Source of the DNA: the human T2T-CHM13v2.0 reference genome, Homo sapiens
Assembly: GCF_009914755.1 (NCBI RefSeq)
Contig: NC_060925.1
DNA length: 64,000 bases
Reading direction: 5' to 3' (one strand)
Under the pieces are notes generated by a model. That model saw only the letters and a program-made list of their open reading frames with translations. It was not told the origin of the DNA and did no database searches. Positions 43,252-55,813 of this stretch are shown here, piece by piece (the first letter of the stretch is position 1; every line of letters begins with the position of its first letter). The translations under genes and the position numbers were made by a program.

Positions 43252-45604
43252 CAGGTATTCCTTGTTGTATTGCAATTCTCTTTATTCTGTTTTGGGGATA
43301 TTGTGTTTTTTACAAATTGAAGGTTTGTGGCAACCCTGCCTCAAGCAAGATTGTCGATGCCATTTTTCCAACATGATCATTTCATGTCTTTCTGTCATAT
43401 TTTGGTAATTCTTGCGATATTTTAAACTTTTTTTATTATTATATCTGATATGGTGATCTGTTTTTCAGGGATATTTGATGTTACTATTGTAATTGTTTTG
43501 GTGTGCCACAAATTGTGCCCATATAAGACAGCAAACTCAGTTGATAAATGTTATGTGTGTTCTGACTGCCCTACCAACCAGGATTTCTGCCATTTCTCTC
43601 CCTTACTTCTGGCCTCCCTATTCCCTGAGAAACAGCAATATTGAAATTAGGCCAATTAATAACCCTACAATGGCCTCTATGTGTTCAAGTAAAAGGTAGT
43701 GTAGTACATCTGTCACTTTAAATCAAAAGCTAGAAACGATTACACTTAGTGAGAAAAACATGTCAAAAGATGAGATGGGCCAAAAACTAGGCCTCTTGTG
43801 CCAAACAGTCAAGTTGTGAATGCAAATGAAAAGTTATGGAAAGAAATGAAAAGTGCTACTCCAGTGAACACATGAATAAGAAAGTGAAACAGCCTTATTG
43901 TTGATATGGAGAAAGTTTGAGTGGTCTGCAGAGAAGATCAAACCAGCTACAACATTCCCTTAAGCCAAAACCTAATCCAGAGCAAGGCCCTAACTCTCTT
44001 TTCAATTCTATGAAGGCTGAGAGAGGTGACAAAACTGCAGAAGAAAAGTTTGAAGCTAGCAGAGCTTGGTTCATGAGGTTTAAGGAAAGAAGCTGTCTTC
44101 ATAACTTAAAAGTGCAAAGTGATGCAGCAAATCCTGATGTAGAAGCTGCAGTAAATTATCAAAAAATCTAGCTAAGATAGTTGATGAAGGTGGCTATATT
44201 AAATAACAGGCTTTAAATGTAGACAGACGGCCTTATATTGGAAGAAAATGCCATCTAGGACTTTCATGGCTAGAAAGAAGCCAATGTCTGGCTTCAAAGC
44301 TTCAAAGGATGGGCTAATTCTCTTGTCTGGGGCTAATGCAGCTGATGACTAAATTAAAGCCAATGTTCATTTACCATTCTGAAAATCCTGGAGTCCTTAA
44401 GAATTACGCCCAATCTACTCTACTTATACTCTATAAGTGGAACAATGATGCCTGGATGAAAGCACATCTGTTTACAGCATGGTTTACTGAATATTTTAAG
44501 CCTACGATTGAGACCTACTGCTCAGAAAAAAAGATTTCTTTCAAAATATTACTGTTCATTGACAATGCACCTGGTCACCCAAGAGCCCTCATGGACATAT
44601 ACAAGGAGATTAATGTTGCTTTCATGCTTGTGAACACATTATCCATTCAGTAAGGTCAAGGAGTGATTTTGACTTTGAAGTCTTATTGCTTAAGAAATAC
44701 ATTTTGTAAGGCTGTAGCTGCCATAGATAGTTACTCCTGTTATGGATCTGGGCAAAGTAGACTGACAACCTTCCAGAAAAGGACTTGCCATTCTAGATGC
44801 CATTAAGAATATTTGTGATTCATGGGAAGAGGTAAAAATGTTTGAAGGATGTTGATTCCAACCCTTGTGGATGACTTTGAGCATTCAAGACTTTAGTGGA
44901 GGAAGTTAACTGCAGATGTGGTAGAAATAGCAAGAGAATTAGAATTGGAAGTGAAGCTTGAAGATGTAAATGGATTGTTATAATTTCATGAGACAACCTG
45001 AACATATGAGGAGTTGTTTCTTATGGATGAGCAAAGAGTGGTTTCTTGAGATGGAATCTACTTCTTGTGCAGATGCTATGAACACTGTTGAAATGACAAA
45101 ATATTTAGAAAATTACATAAACTTAATAAAGCAGCAGCAGAGTTTGAGAAGATTGATTCCAATTTTGAATATTTTACTGTGGGTAAAATGCTATCAAGTA
45201 GCATCAGAGTCTACAGAGAAATCTTTTGTGAAAGGAGGAGTCAATGATTTTGGCAAATTTCATTGTATGTTATTTTAAGACTTTGCCACAGCCACCGCAA
45301 CCTTCAGCAACCACCACTCTGATCAGTTAGCACCCATTAACATCAAGGCAAGACTCTCCACCAGCAAAAAGATTATTACTTGCTGAAGCCTCAGATGATC
45401 ATTAGCCTCTTTCACAATAAAGTATTTTAAAATTAAGGTGTGTGCATTGTTTTTTAGACATGATGCCATATACTACATGTTCGTGTAAATGCAAGTTTTA
45501 TAGGCACTAGGAAACCAAAAAAATTGTATGACTTGTTTTATTGCAATATTTACTTTATTGCAGTGGTCTGGAACTGACCCTTCAATATCTCCAAGGTATG
45601 CCGG
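43252..45604 (+). mobile_element. Tigger1 DNA transposon, near full length, with a pseudogenised pogo-like transposase
   Basis: TIRs caggtattcc.. / ..aggtatgccg(g) followed by TA; transposase remnants MASMCSSKR (ATG 43670), [31 protein letters not shown]; many stops and frameshifts. Confidence 0.93.
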
Positions 45605-46523
45605 TATAAACTTTTCTGTAAAAGAGGTGCCCTCTTTAGCTGGGGCATGAAAGAGGGAAATGGCATGTGAGGATTTCTCTCTGGTGCCGCCTTTGCCTTT
45701 CTTTTCTGGAGTCTCTAATCAGTGTGCCCTCTGTGCTGGGGAAGCTCAGTGGAATACTAAGCTAGGTCCTATGGCTCCAGACTAAGTATTTGCTTCTCCT
45801 GGCTGAGACTCTTTAGAAGAATATGTTACTAAACACCATAGATCTCTTGTAAAGAACATGAAGGAAGAGGTACTTTGGAATTCAAATTTACAATTAGAAT
45901 AGAAGAGTAATCTGCAAAGTTCACGTAGTCAGCATTTTTATTTTTATTTTTTATTTTTTACTAAAACAGCTTTTCCCTTTTATAAGCCTGGAACCAAATG
46001 ACTTAACCAAAACTTCATGGTGTTTCATCTCTTTCTGAGTATTTCTGTTCTGAATTCCTCTCTGAGGTCACTTTTTCCATTGCAGCCCCTAGCAGAAGGC
46101 CTCTTCACTGCTGCAGCACAGTGGTTCCTGCCAAAGTTTATAGTTCTTCTATACAGAAGCTCTTTATTCATCTGCCATATTTTACCTTGAGTGTTTACAT
46201 GTGCAGAATAATGTGCTATCCTCTGAGCAATTAATAGTACAATTTCCCTTCTTTCTGGCCAATAACCGTTCCTTACCACCCCCTAATCCTCTTAATGATC
46301 TTTGGATAAGAACTGCTTGTACTCACTAAGGAAAGTGGATGGAAAAATCAAATGTCTAGTAGGTGGGTGTGCTATTATAATGTTTAAATGATTTTGAAAA
46401 TTTTCCCAAAGCCAATTTAAGCAAAATCAGAGATTGGCCTTTTAGGTTTCTGGGTACTAAGGGGAAGTAATAAGAAGTATTTTATTAAAGGTTATTTATC
46501 AGTTTATCTTCAGACATTAACTG

Positions 46524-46953
46524 GTATCTTAGCTAGGACAACCATTACAAAATACCACAGCCTGGGTGCCATAAACAACAGAAATTTATCTCCTTACAGT
46601 TCTGGATGCTGGGAGTTCCAAATTAAGGTGCTAGCAGACTTTTAAGGGCTCTTTTCCTGGCTTTCAGATGGCAGCCTTCTGGCTGTGTCCTCACATGGCC
46701 TTTCCTCTGTGGGGCATGGCGAGATTGAGAAAAAAGGAGAGAGAGAGAGGGTCAGAGCACGTGCAAGTGCATGCTGTCTGGCGGCATCTTTTCATCTTCT
46801 TATAAGAACACCAGCGCCATCAGATTAGGGCCCCATCCTTATGACATCATTAACTTTAATTACCTCCCTAAAGGCCTTATCCCCAATTCCAGTCACATTG
46901 TGGGATAGGATTTCAATATATGAATTTGAAGGGTACATAATGCAGTCCATATA
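46524..46953 (-). mobile_element. MLT1A-like LTR
   Basis: caaaataccacag..aaacaacagaaattta..cagttctgga..ttataagaacaccag..attagggcccca..atgaattt. Confidence 0.8.
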
Positions 46954-49900
46954 AACTGGGCTCCTTCTCTGTGCTCAGATACTGTGGTAAGTCTAGGGAT
47001 ACAAAGATTGGTGAGACATGACCTCTACCCTCAAGGAATTCAGACAGGCAATTACAACTCTCTTTAGCCAAAATTCTAAACACCTGTTGTTAGTGTGAAT
47101 TGAGAAATACTTGTCTTGCAGTGTATAAAGTTTGTGTAGTTTACTTAAGGGTGAAGGGGTTTAACAACTTATGATAAATAGTTTTCAAACGATCATCATA
47201 TGTGTATTATTTGTCCCAAAGTACTCAGCATTGGATCATATGCAAAGAAAAAGTGCACAGTGAACCTCTAAGGAGCTTATTGTCTCCCTTGAAAGGAGAA
47301 AATCTAGGTACAAAATAATTCAAGAGCATTACAAGGACAACATTATATATAAATGCAAAGTTATAATCATGTTGTACTTTATTCACTACTAAGTGCTTCA
47401 GAACCCTATATCTTGATGCTCACAACAGAGCTGATGTTACTTACATGTTATTAACTTTTTATCCTCATAAGATAGAGAAATTAGGGCACAAGTGGTTAAG
47501 TAATAGCTCCAGGTAGTAGCAAGCAAGTGGAGTGGGTAATGCAGATTAGATCCAGGTCTCCTGATACCTAGCACTGTATTGTTTTCAGAATATTATGTTG
47601 CCTTTTTCTTGTATGATGCAGAGAAATATATTAGTGTGTGCCAAAGTCTTTGGGAGGAAAAAATTATTCAGTCCTGGAGGGAGTTAGGAAGTGATTTTTG
47701 GATCAATTACATTATCCTCTGATACTTGAACAAATGTATCAAAATGTCAAGCTGTTTGTGGGTAATTCTGAAAAACATATTCATAAGCAATATATTTACA
47801 GAGTTTTATTCCAGAGGATAAACACATTCATGCTCATGCTTTTATGTTGGCAAACCTAAAACAATATTTAATAGTAAATAAAGAAGAACTCAGAAAGTTT
47901 CTCTGCTTGTTGACACTAAATTTTGTGCTGGTACAAACAGAAAATCCAGAAACTTATAAATGATCATTGCACCTCAATGAAGAAGACCATTGCACCTCAA
48001 TGATCTTGCACCCCAAGTATTCCTCAGATCTGCCTGCCAGTGCTTGGAATCCTAACATAATTCTGTTTCTTAATCATGAATCAATAATCCAATTTAATTT
48101 GACAAACATTTTGTTAGCACCTTCATGGGTAAGACATCGTGCTAAGATCTGGTGGAAAGACAATTCCAAATATGTTATTATTAGATTCAATAGGTCAAAT
48201 TAATCAGCTTAACTGTTACAAGAATTTCTAAATGTTTATTCTCAATTTCTATACTTACATCATTGCAGAGCAGCAATAGTTTGTGGATTGATACCTGTGT
48301 ATGAACTACACTTTGAGTGGCATGTGTTAAAAGCTTTGATGAGGAATGAGAGCCTGAACCCCAATAATAGCCTGGGCATATTAGTCAGGGTGGGCTGGAT
48401 TATTATGCAGCAACAGCCAGCGAGTTCATTTAACAAGTGTTTATTGCTTGCTCACTTTACATGCCCATTGACTGAAACGACCCATTGCATGCCCTTTACT
48501 CTGGAAATCAGAGTGACAGGGCCTCCACCATCTGAAATGCTGTCAGTTCCAGCTGCAGGAGGCAGTTCCAGCTGCAGTGTTGCTTACTGCAATTAGGAAG
48601 CAGCCCATGTTACTCCTGTCCACGTTTCACTAGCCAAAGGAAGCCACGTGCCTGGCCATGATCTACCTCAAGAAAGAGGGGAAGTGCAAATCTGTCATGT
48701 TCCTGGATTGAGGAAAAGGAATATTCAGAAAGCAGCACTTCCAGGTAATAGAAAGGAGAGGAGAGAGCCGGCAGGTAGATTTAACAACTGGATAGCTGCG
48801 TGAACAGAGAAGGAGCTGGAGTTAAACCTCAAACTATTGAGTCCCGTCACTTTAATGGGAGTGAGTTTCGGGTTGTTTTGGGAAGACAGTGAGAGGACAT
48901 TGCAAGAAGGAAAGGGCACTAAGTACCACCAGGTTGGGAAACAGGCCACCTAGAGGACTTTTTCCCACTTCATGGCTCGGGTTCTGGAGATCAGAAAGAA
49001 GATCTTGTATGGATCAGAAACCTAGGGTCATTGGGGACTTTATTCTTCCCGTTCTTCTGATGCACCAGATTGTTACACAGACTATGTTGTCCTGGCCTTT
49101 TCTTTACTTCCTAAGAATGGAAAAAAGAAAGCAGTTGTGCCTATAGCATAGAAGATTTAGTGGAACTCTGCGAGAATATTTCTGAAGGAAGCTGGTTAAA
49201 CATGGATGCGTGGGTGAGGCTGGGTTTATGAAGAGCCTGGTGGCAACTCTTCTGGGATGGATAGTTGTTTATGTGGGATAGTGAACATGGAGTGTTTGTA
49301 TAGATCTAGGACACTTTCAGGGTGCATTAGCATCTGACAGAGAGAGAGCTGGGGGACAGACATCAGTCCTTAGGGTTTCTCATCAGTCACACAGGTAGTG
49401 GCTGAATTGGGCATCATCCTGCAGTGCCTGAGGTCCATCTGGGTCTCTCATGACTTTTTCTCTTGAGCACTTGGAAAATATTTGGTCTGGTCCTGAACTC
49501 CAGGGACATGTTGGGGAACTTTCAGGCTGTTTTGGGTCCTCTCCATCTAGATACACTTTCCCAGCCATATGTGCTTCTCTGCTGTCTTCATAGCATGTTG
49601 AAGAAAGATCCTAAGAGTCTGAGATATGTGGAGTATGTGGAGCTTTACCTGGGCCTGGAGGCAGCAGTAGGGGGTATAGGGTAGGAGTGGGTGCTGGCCA
49701 TATTCCCTTTCATTTCCTTTATTTCCTTTGGAGCGTCTATTGTCTCTCCTCTGCACCAGCAACTTTTGGGGTCAGAGCGGAGGGCACGGACCACAGGTGT
49801 CTGCTCCATGACCAGTTCAAGGTTCTAACTCTTCCACTTTTGCTACTTTTTATCCCCAACAGGTTTTTTCCCCTAGGTTTATTTTGTCTTAGGGGTAGGA

Positions 49901-51507
49901 AAAACTGATGCCGACCATTTCCAGATCAATTTTCCTTCTAAACATATTGTTTTTGCCAAGATTTTAGATTTTGGAATTCAAAAGCCAAGAATTTGCTCTT
50001 TTTGTTCTGTAGCATAATCCTGTTCCTGAGGCAGTGTGCCAAGAAAGCCTGTATGGGAAAAAGTTCACAGGGAACAAGAATTACTGAAAAGGGAAAATAT
50101 ATCAGTTAATATATCAAAAATTATCCAGTTACATTCACAAACAGAAGGTGTTAATTGTCATTAAAATTCATATTGATACTCACAAGACCTATTTAATTTT
50201 CTGAGGGTACATTTTATCTTATCTATCAGCTTACATCCCACCTAATGATAATGCAGTATTTGATACAGAGTAGAAGCTCAATAGAAGTCTTATTTGATTG
50301 CATTCAAATATTCATAAATGGACTACTACCCACCCCATCCAATTCCTGCCATTCCAGTGGCAGGGCAAGGACCAGCTGCTTTTCTGCCCTGTCCACTTTG
50401 TACAGAAAGCAGAGCTTCATGTACCTCAGGCTGTGAGACAAATCACCATCCCATGCGATTTTCTTTTGTAAGCATGCTTATGCTACAAGATCCCTTATAT
50501 TTTGATCCCTTGCCTTAGAGTTCTGAGAAATCAAAATAAGGATTTATAAACAAAATATATCTGCCTGATAAGTTTACTTATTATTTGATTACACATCCTT
50601 TCCTATGCCAAACCTATGCATTTATTTATTCAACATTTTTTGGGGAAATGAAGGCATGTAAACACTGCTAAATTTGGAAACTCTACTTAGAAATGGTAAT
50701 TCCTCTCACATAATTATACAATTATTGTGGATTGTACTTCTGTTGATGACCACAGATGGGGATGCTGTGGTTTTGAATATTGGGTGAAAAATTGGTCATC
50801 TCTTCTCCCATCCCAAGTGAGATCATTAGAAAACTTGGTTCCTATAAATATAACCAAGAATGTTGCTTTTTTCTGGATTGTACATTCTCTATTGTTTAGA
50901 TATAAATGAATAGAATTCATCCACTTTGGACCATAATGTTCCACTCCCACAAAATGAAAGGAGTTGGTGCAGATACTATCTGTGATCCCCTCTAGCTCTT
51001 TATTTTGGTGATCCTATAATTGAAAGATTTTGCCACATAGATCTTTCCTTCTCACCCTCACGCTCATCACCCTCTTCCACCTCTACCCCTGTTAAAAACA
51101 ACAACAACATATTCCTCCCATCATGGGCCTTATTAATCCACCATTAGAATTGTGCTCCTTTGAATTTTTGAGGCCCAAGAGACTTGCAAGGCAGAGTTTT
51201 GACTTCAGAAAACCAACAGTGACATGGGACAGTTGTGTAATCTCCCTGAGTCTCAGTTTCTCATCTGTAAAATGAAGGACAAAGTGTGTCCTTCCAGGGT
51301 TGTGTTTTCCTCACACATTGAAATGGTTATGTGAGGATAAATGAAGCCCAGCATACAATAATCTATCAATGATCCTTCCCTTTGCAGCCTCCAAACTCTT
51401 CCCATTGATGTGCAGGTTGCCACCTTGGGAGAGAATACATGATAACTAGCTGAGAGCCAGTCCTCCAAGGAGTAGGACCTAGATGTTTAGCAGGGTATGA
51501 AGAAGGT

Positions 51508-52047
51508 AGTCTTAGTCCATTTTGTTGTTTGATATTCTGTTATTCTAACTATCACACCCCATCCCACCTATGATGGTTTTAAGATATTATCCATAAATCC
51601 TTTTGATTATTATCCATAAATCCTTTTGATTATTATCCATAAATCCTTTTGATTTATGGATAATATCTTAAAACCATCACAGGTGGGATGGGGTGTGATA
51701 GTTAAAGAGCATTTTAATTTTCTGTTATTCTGTAACAGAATATCAGAGACTGGGTAATTTATAATGAACAGAAATTTATTAGCTCACATTTCTTGACACT
51801 GGGAAGCTTAAGATCAAGGGTCCAGCATCTGGCAAGGGCCTGCTTGCTTTATCTTATGGCAGAAGGCAGAAGGGAAAGAGAGATCAAGAGGAGTCAAATT
51901 AGCCCTTTATAATGGCACCAATCCTGCCCATGAGGGTGGAGCCCTCATGGTCTAATCACCTCTTAAATATCCCACCTGTTAATACTACTACAATGGCAAT
52001 TAAATTTCAACATGGGTCTGGAGGGGACAAACATTCAAACCACGGCA
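51508..52047 (-). mobile_element. MST-family LTR carrying a ~200-bp secondary insertion
   Basis: gtcttagtccattttg..[insert]..taacagaatatcagagactgggtaatttataatgaacagaaatttatt..ggggacaaacattcaaaccacggca; TSD AAGGT (51503-51507 / 52048-52052). Confidence 0.88.
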
Positions 52048-52869
52048 AAGGTAAAGGAAAAGATGGGGGGACAATTTTACCCTTTGAAAAATTTCTCAGG
52101 CCTGATCTTGCTGCTGCTGTTGCTGCTGCTAATGGTGATGGTGATGATAACACTTTTTTTTTTTGGTCTCACTTTGGGGGATCCTTTAGGTTTAGATAAA
52201 TTGCATAGGAATAAGATAAACACCAGCTATGCAGTGGGAGACTTATATCAAATAAGGGAAATTTCCACTGCAGGGAAGCTGTACTGGGGCAATTCATTAG
52301 GACTGAAAAGAAGTTAAACTTAGCACAGCACAAAAGCACATTGAAAAGTTCTCTCTAAAAGAGAAGGGGGAATGTTCAGGGTGCATTTAAGTCATGGGAT
52401 ATGGCAAGGAGCCTTCTGTTGATGGTGGGGATTAGGTCTCTTGAAGGAATGAATAAATTAAAAAACATGAAATAATAACTAGCAATTTGTAGTTGTATAA
52501 GCATGCCTATATTACAGTGGGGGATATAAGGACCTTATTTTGTTCCCTTCTATATTCCCAGAAGTTAGAACAGTGTCTGATACATAGTGGGTGTTCCACA
52601 AATATTTGTGGAAGAAAATAAACAAATGAATACACATAAAATAATGTCAAGTGATGACAAATGCTATGAAGAACATAAAGCAGGGTATGGGGATAGAGTG
52701 TGACAGGAATGCAATTTTAGTTAGGGTGACCAAGAATGGCTTTTCTCTGCAGGTGACATTTGAGCAGAGACCAGAATGCAGTGAGGGTGGGAGTCATGCA
52801 AATAACTAGAGGACCAGCCTTGCGGGCAAAGGGAACAGCAAGTGCAAATGTCCTGAGTTTAGACCATGA

Positions 52870-52955
52870 TGGGATCTGAAATTTTGCATTTCTAACAAGT
52901 TGTCTGATGATGTCAGTGCAGCTGGTCCATGGACCACATTTTGAGTAGTAAGGGT
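52870..52955. mobile_element. MER5A-like hAT fragment
   Basis: tttgcatttctaacaagt..tgatg..gctggtccatggaccacattttgagtag. Confidence 0.7.
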
Positions 52956-53575
52956 ATAGACTAGAGTTTGACCCAGGAGTCAGTACTAGTCAAGTTCAGT
53001 ACTAGTCAAGTCAGTACTAGTCAAGGAACTGAGTAGTTCTGTCTGAGAACTGAGTAGTACTGACTAGTCAAGTCAGGACTAGTCAAGGAACTGAGAGGTG
53101 AGGTCATTGCATGAGAAAAGAGGAATGCAAAACTGTATATGAAATATATTCTTATCTATACAAAATGTATGCAAAGAGGGACATGAACAATATCAACAGT
53201 GTTTTCCTCAGTGGGGTTGCACTTCAGATTATTTAAATTCTCTTCTTTTTAGATTATTCCAAAGCTTCTGCCATGTGTATTTATCACTTTTATATTCAGA
53301 AAAAAACATTTTTGGAAAGTTCAAAACAGAAAATATGTGTTTAGTTAAGACACAAAGTTCAAAATGTATTAAAATATTTCTAAATTTTAAAAAAATGTTA
53401 TGGACACATGGGAATTGGTTGGGGTTTCTGATGAAAGGCTTCATAAAGGAGATGACTTTGAATCAAATCTTGACATCTAAGTAGGCAAAACTAAGTTAGA
53501 GTTCTTAGCAGCTTCTCTTCTCTCTTCCTGTTCTTGGGTGGAAGTTGGGGTGGGGAAGATATAGGGTATGGATGG

Positions 53576-54129
53576 TATATTAGTAATCTATTGCTGTGTG
53601 ACAAATTATCCCAAAGCTCAGCTACTTAAAACAATAGTTTTTGTGGTTCAGAAATTTGGGAGCAGCTTTTTGGCTCAGGGTCTCTCATGAGGTTTCCATG
53701 AAGATATTAGCTAGGGCTTCCATTATCTGAAGGCTTGACTGGGGCTGGAGGATCCACTTCCAAGATAGCTCACTCACATGGCTGTTGGCAGGAGAAGGCC
53801 TTGCTTTCTTGCCATGTGGATCTCTCTACAGGACACCTTGGGTCTCCTCATGATACTACAGCTGGCTTCACTCAGAGCGAATGACCAGAGTGAGAGAGAG
53901 GGAGAGCAAGAGAGAGTGAGAGAGAGCTAGAGAGAGCACGAGAGAGAGAAGATCCAACACCTTTGATGACCTAATCCTGGAGCACACACACTGATGCTTC
54001 TGCTTTATTCTGTTCATTAGAAGCAAGTTGCCAAGTCTAGTCCATACTAGGGGGAGGTGTATTCAAGTTTACCTTTTGAAAGGGGGGAGTATCAAAAGGA
54101 TTTATGGATAATATCTTAAAACCATCACA
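53576..54129 (-). mobile_element. MLT1 (F/G-like) LTR
   Basis: tattagtaatctattgctg..catctgaaggcttgactggggctgga..tccaagat..ggagtatcaaaaggatttatggataatatcttaaaaccatcaca; TSD gatgg/ggtgg. Confidence 0.82.
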
Positions 54130-54294
54130 GGTGGGATGGGGTGTGATAGTTAAGGCCATTTTAATTTTCACTTAAAAGGGACTGTATAAAATTCTAGATA
54201 CTATGGATTACTGTAGGAAACTGTCAGTCATTTAGCATGCCTGGTGTTTAGCAGGATGGAGGGTAGAAAGGTATGATGAGGAAAACATCTAGAA

Positions 54295-54578
54295 CATAAT
54301 GCAAGCCACATATGTAATTTAAAATTTTCTAGTAGCCACACTAAAAGATGTTAAAAAGAAAATACATAATTTTAATAATATGCTTTTAGCTCTATATATG
54401 CAAATATTTTCATTTCAATGCATAACCAATATAAAAATTATTAACGAGATATTTTAGACTCTTTTTTCTTTTTACTATCTCTTTGAAATCTGGTGTGTGT
54501 TTCATACTTATAGCATCCTTTGGTTTGGACTAGCACAATTTCAAGTGCTCAGGAGCCACATGTGGACAGTGCAGGTCT
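54295..54578. mobile_element. MER33/MER3-like hAT element
   Basis: gcaagccacatatgtaatttaaaattttctagtagccaca..tttggactagc..tttcaagtgctca..agccacatgtgg. Confidence 0.75.
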
Positions 54579-55740
54579 AGAGAACTAGGCCAGAAGCTAA
54601 GAATAGGTCACCAAGAACCATAATCTGTATCCATTGTCCAAACAGAGGGCCCAGTAAAGGGTTTAAGCTGAAGGGCACCATGATCAGACTCCTGGTTTAG
54701 AAGTCACTCTCACTGTTCTATGTGTAGAACGTGGAGGGTTGGAGCAGGCAAGCCCAGACATAAGCACATAATCAGGAGACTTTCAGAACATCCCATGTGA
54801 GAGCTTGAATGAGGTTAGTTACACTAAAGATGGAGAGGAGCCGATGTATGAAAGATAGAAAGGAGGTGGTTTGTAGTAGGTCCCATGACCATTTGGATGT
54901 GAGAAAGTAGATGTAATAAGATAGAGACACTTAGAATGATTCCAAGGCTTCTGGCTTGGGTCATTGTGAGGAAAATTGTAAGAAAAGGAAATACAGGAGT
55001 TAAAACATGGTTCACTTTGCGGGGATAACAAGGTAAGATTACAGCTATATATTTGGAAAAGTTTTGGTTGAGATAGTATCGGAGATGGAGGAGAAGAAAT
55101 CTAGTGGACAGTGGATGGATAAATCTGGAGCTTAGGGGAGACCTAAGCTCCTGGTGGAACCACCACAAGGCTTCGTAATTTTATGATATTGCTATGAAAA
55201 TGCCAGGCACTGTGGAAAGTTCCAGTTTTCTCTTGTTGTAGAGGCAGAATCAGCTGAGGAAGAAAGACCGGAGCCACCTCAGGAAGAGGCCTCTGAGCTG
55301 TGGGCACCAGCCAGGGAGGTCTGCTTCCCTGGCCCAGAATGACCGGCTATTTAGCAGCGAGGGAGGGGCCATGAGAGCCACACTGCGGAGTTATCTTAGC
55401 GGTAGGAGCTCCCTGGGCAGGCTGTGAAGGCCAGAGCTCACTGAGGGGAGTAGGAAGGGGAAGGAGTGTCTGGATAAAGCATCGGACGTTAAAAACGCCT
55501 AGATTCTGAGGAGTCTGTTGATGGCATGGACTTTGGTCTTTTTGTTGAAAACCTCTTTTGTAATATGTTCAATAAGTGGAATTCTTTGCTGCCAAAAAAT
55601 GGGGAGGAGGAAGAGGAAAAGGAGAAGGAAGGAAGGAAGAGAAAGAAAGAAGAAAAGAATTCCTGCCTTGGGATTTGACTATTTCACATGTTGTCTCCAT
55701 CTCAGAAAATACGTATCCTTGTCAGTGAAGAAAAAAATGT

Positions 55741-55805
55741 TTTTTGTATTTTTTTTTTTTTGGTAGAGATCGAGTTTCACCATATTGACCAGGCTGCTCT
55801 CGAAC
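55741..55805 (-). mobile_element. Truncated Alu fragment
   Basis: tttttgtatttttt..gtagagatcgagtttcaccatattgaccaggctgctctcgaac, ending abruptly. Confidence 0.8.
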
Positions 55806-55813
55806 TGAATGAC

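Noticed and set aside
43917-45278. Transposase-like ORFs as a domesticated TIGD-type gene
   Set aside because: Fragmented by stops and frameshifts inside a TIR-bounded Tigger1.
51585-51653. 23-bp repeats as a CRISPR-like array
   Set aside because: Head-to-tail with no spacers, in eukaryotic DNA, and derived from an MLT1 LTR end.
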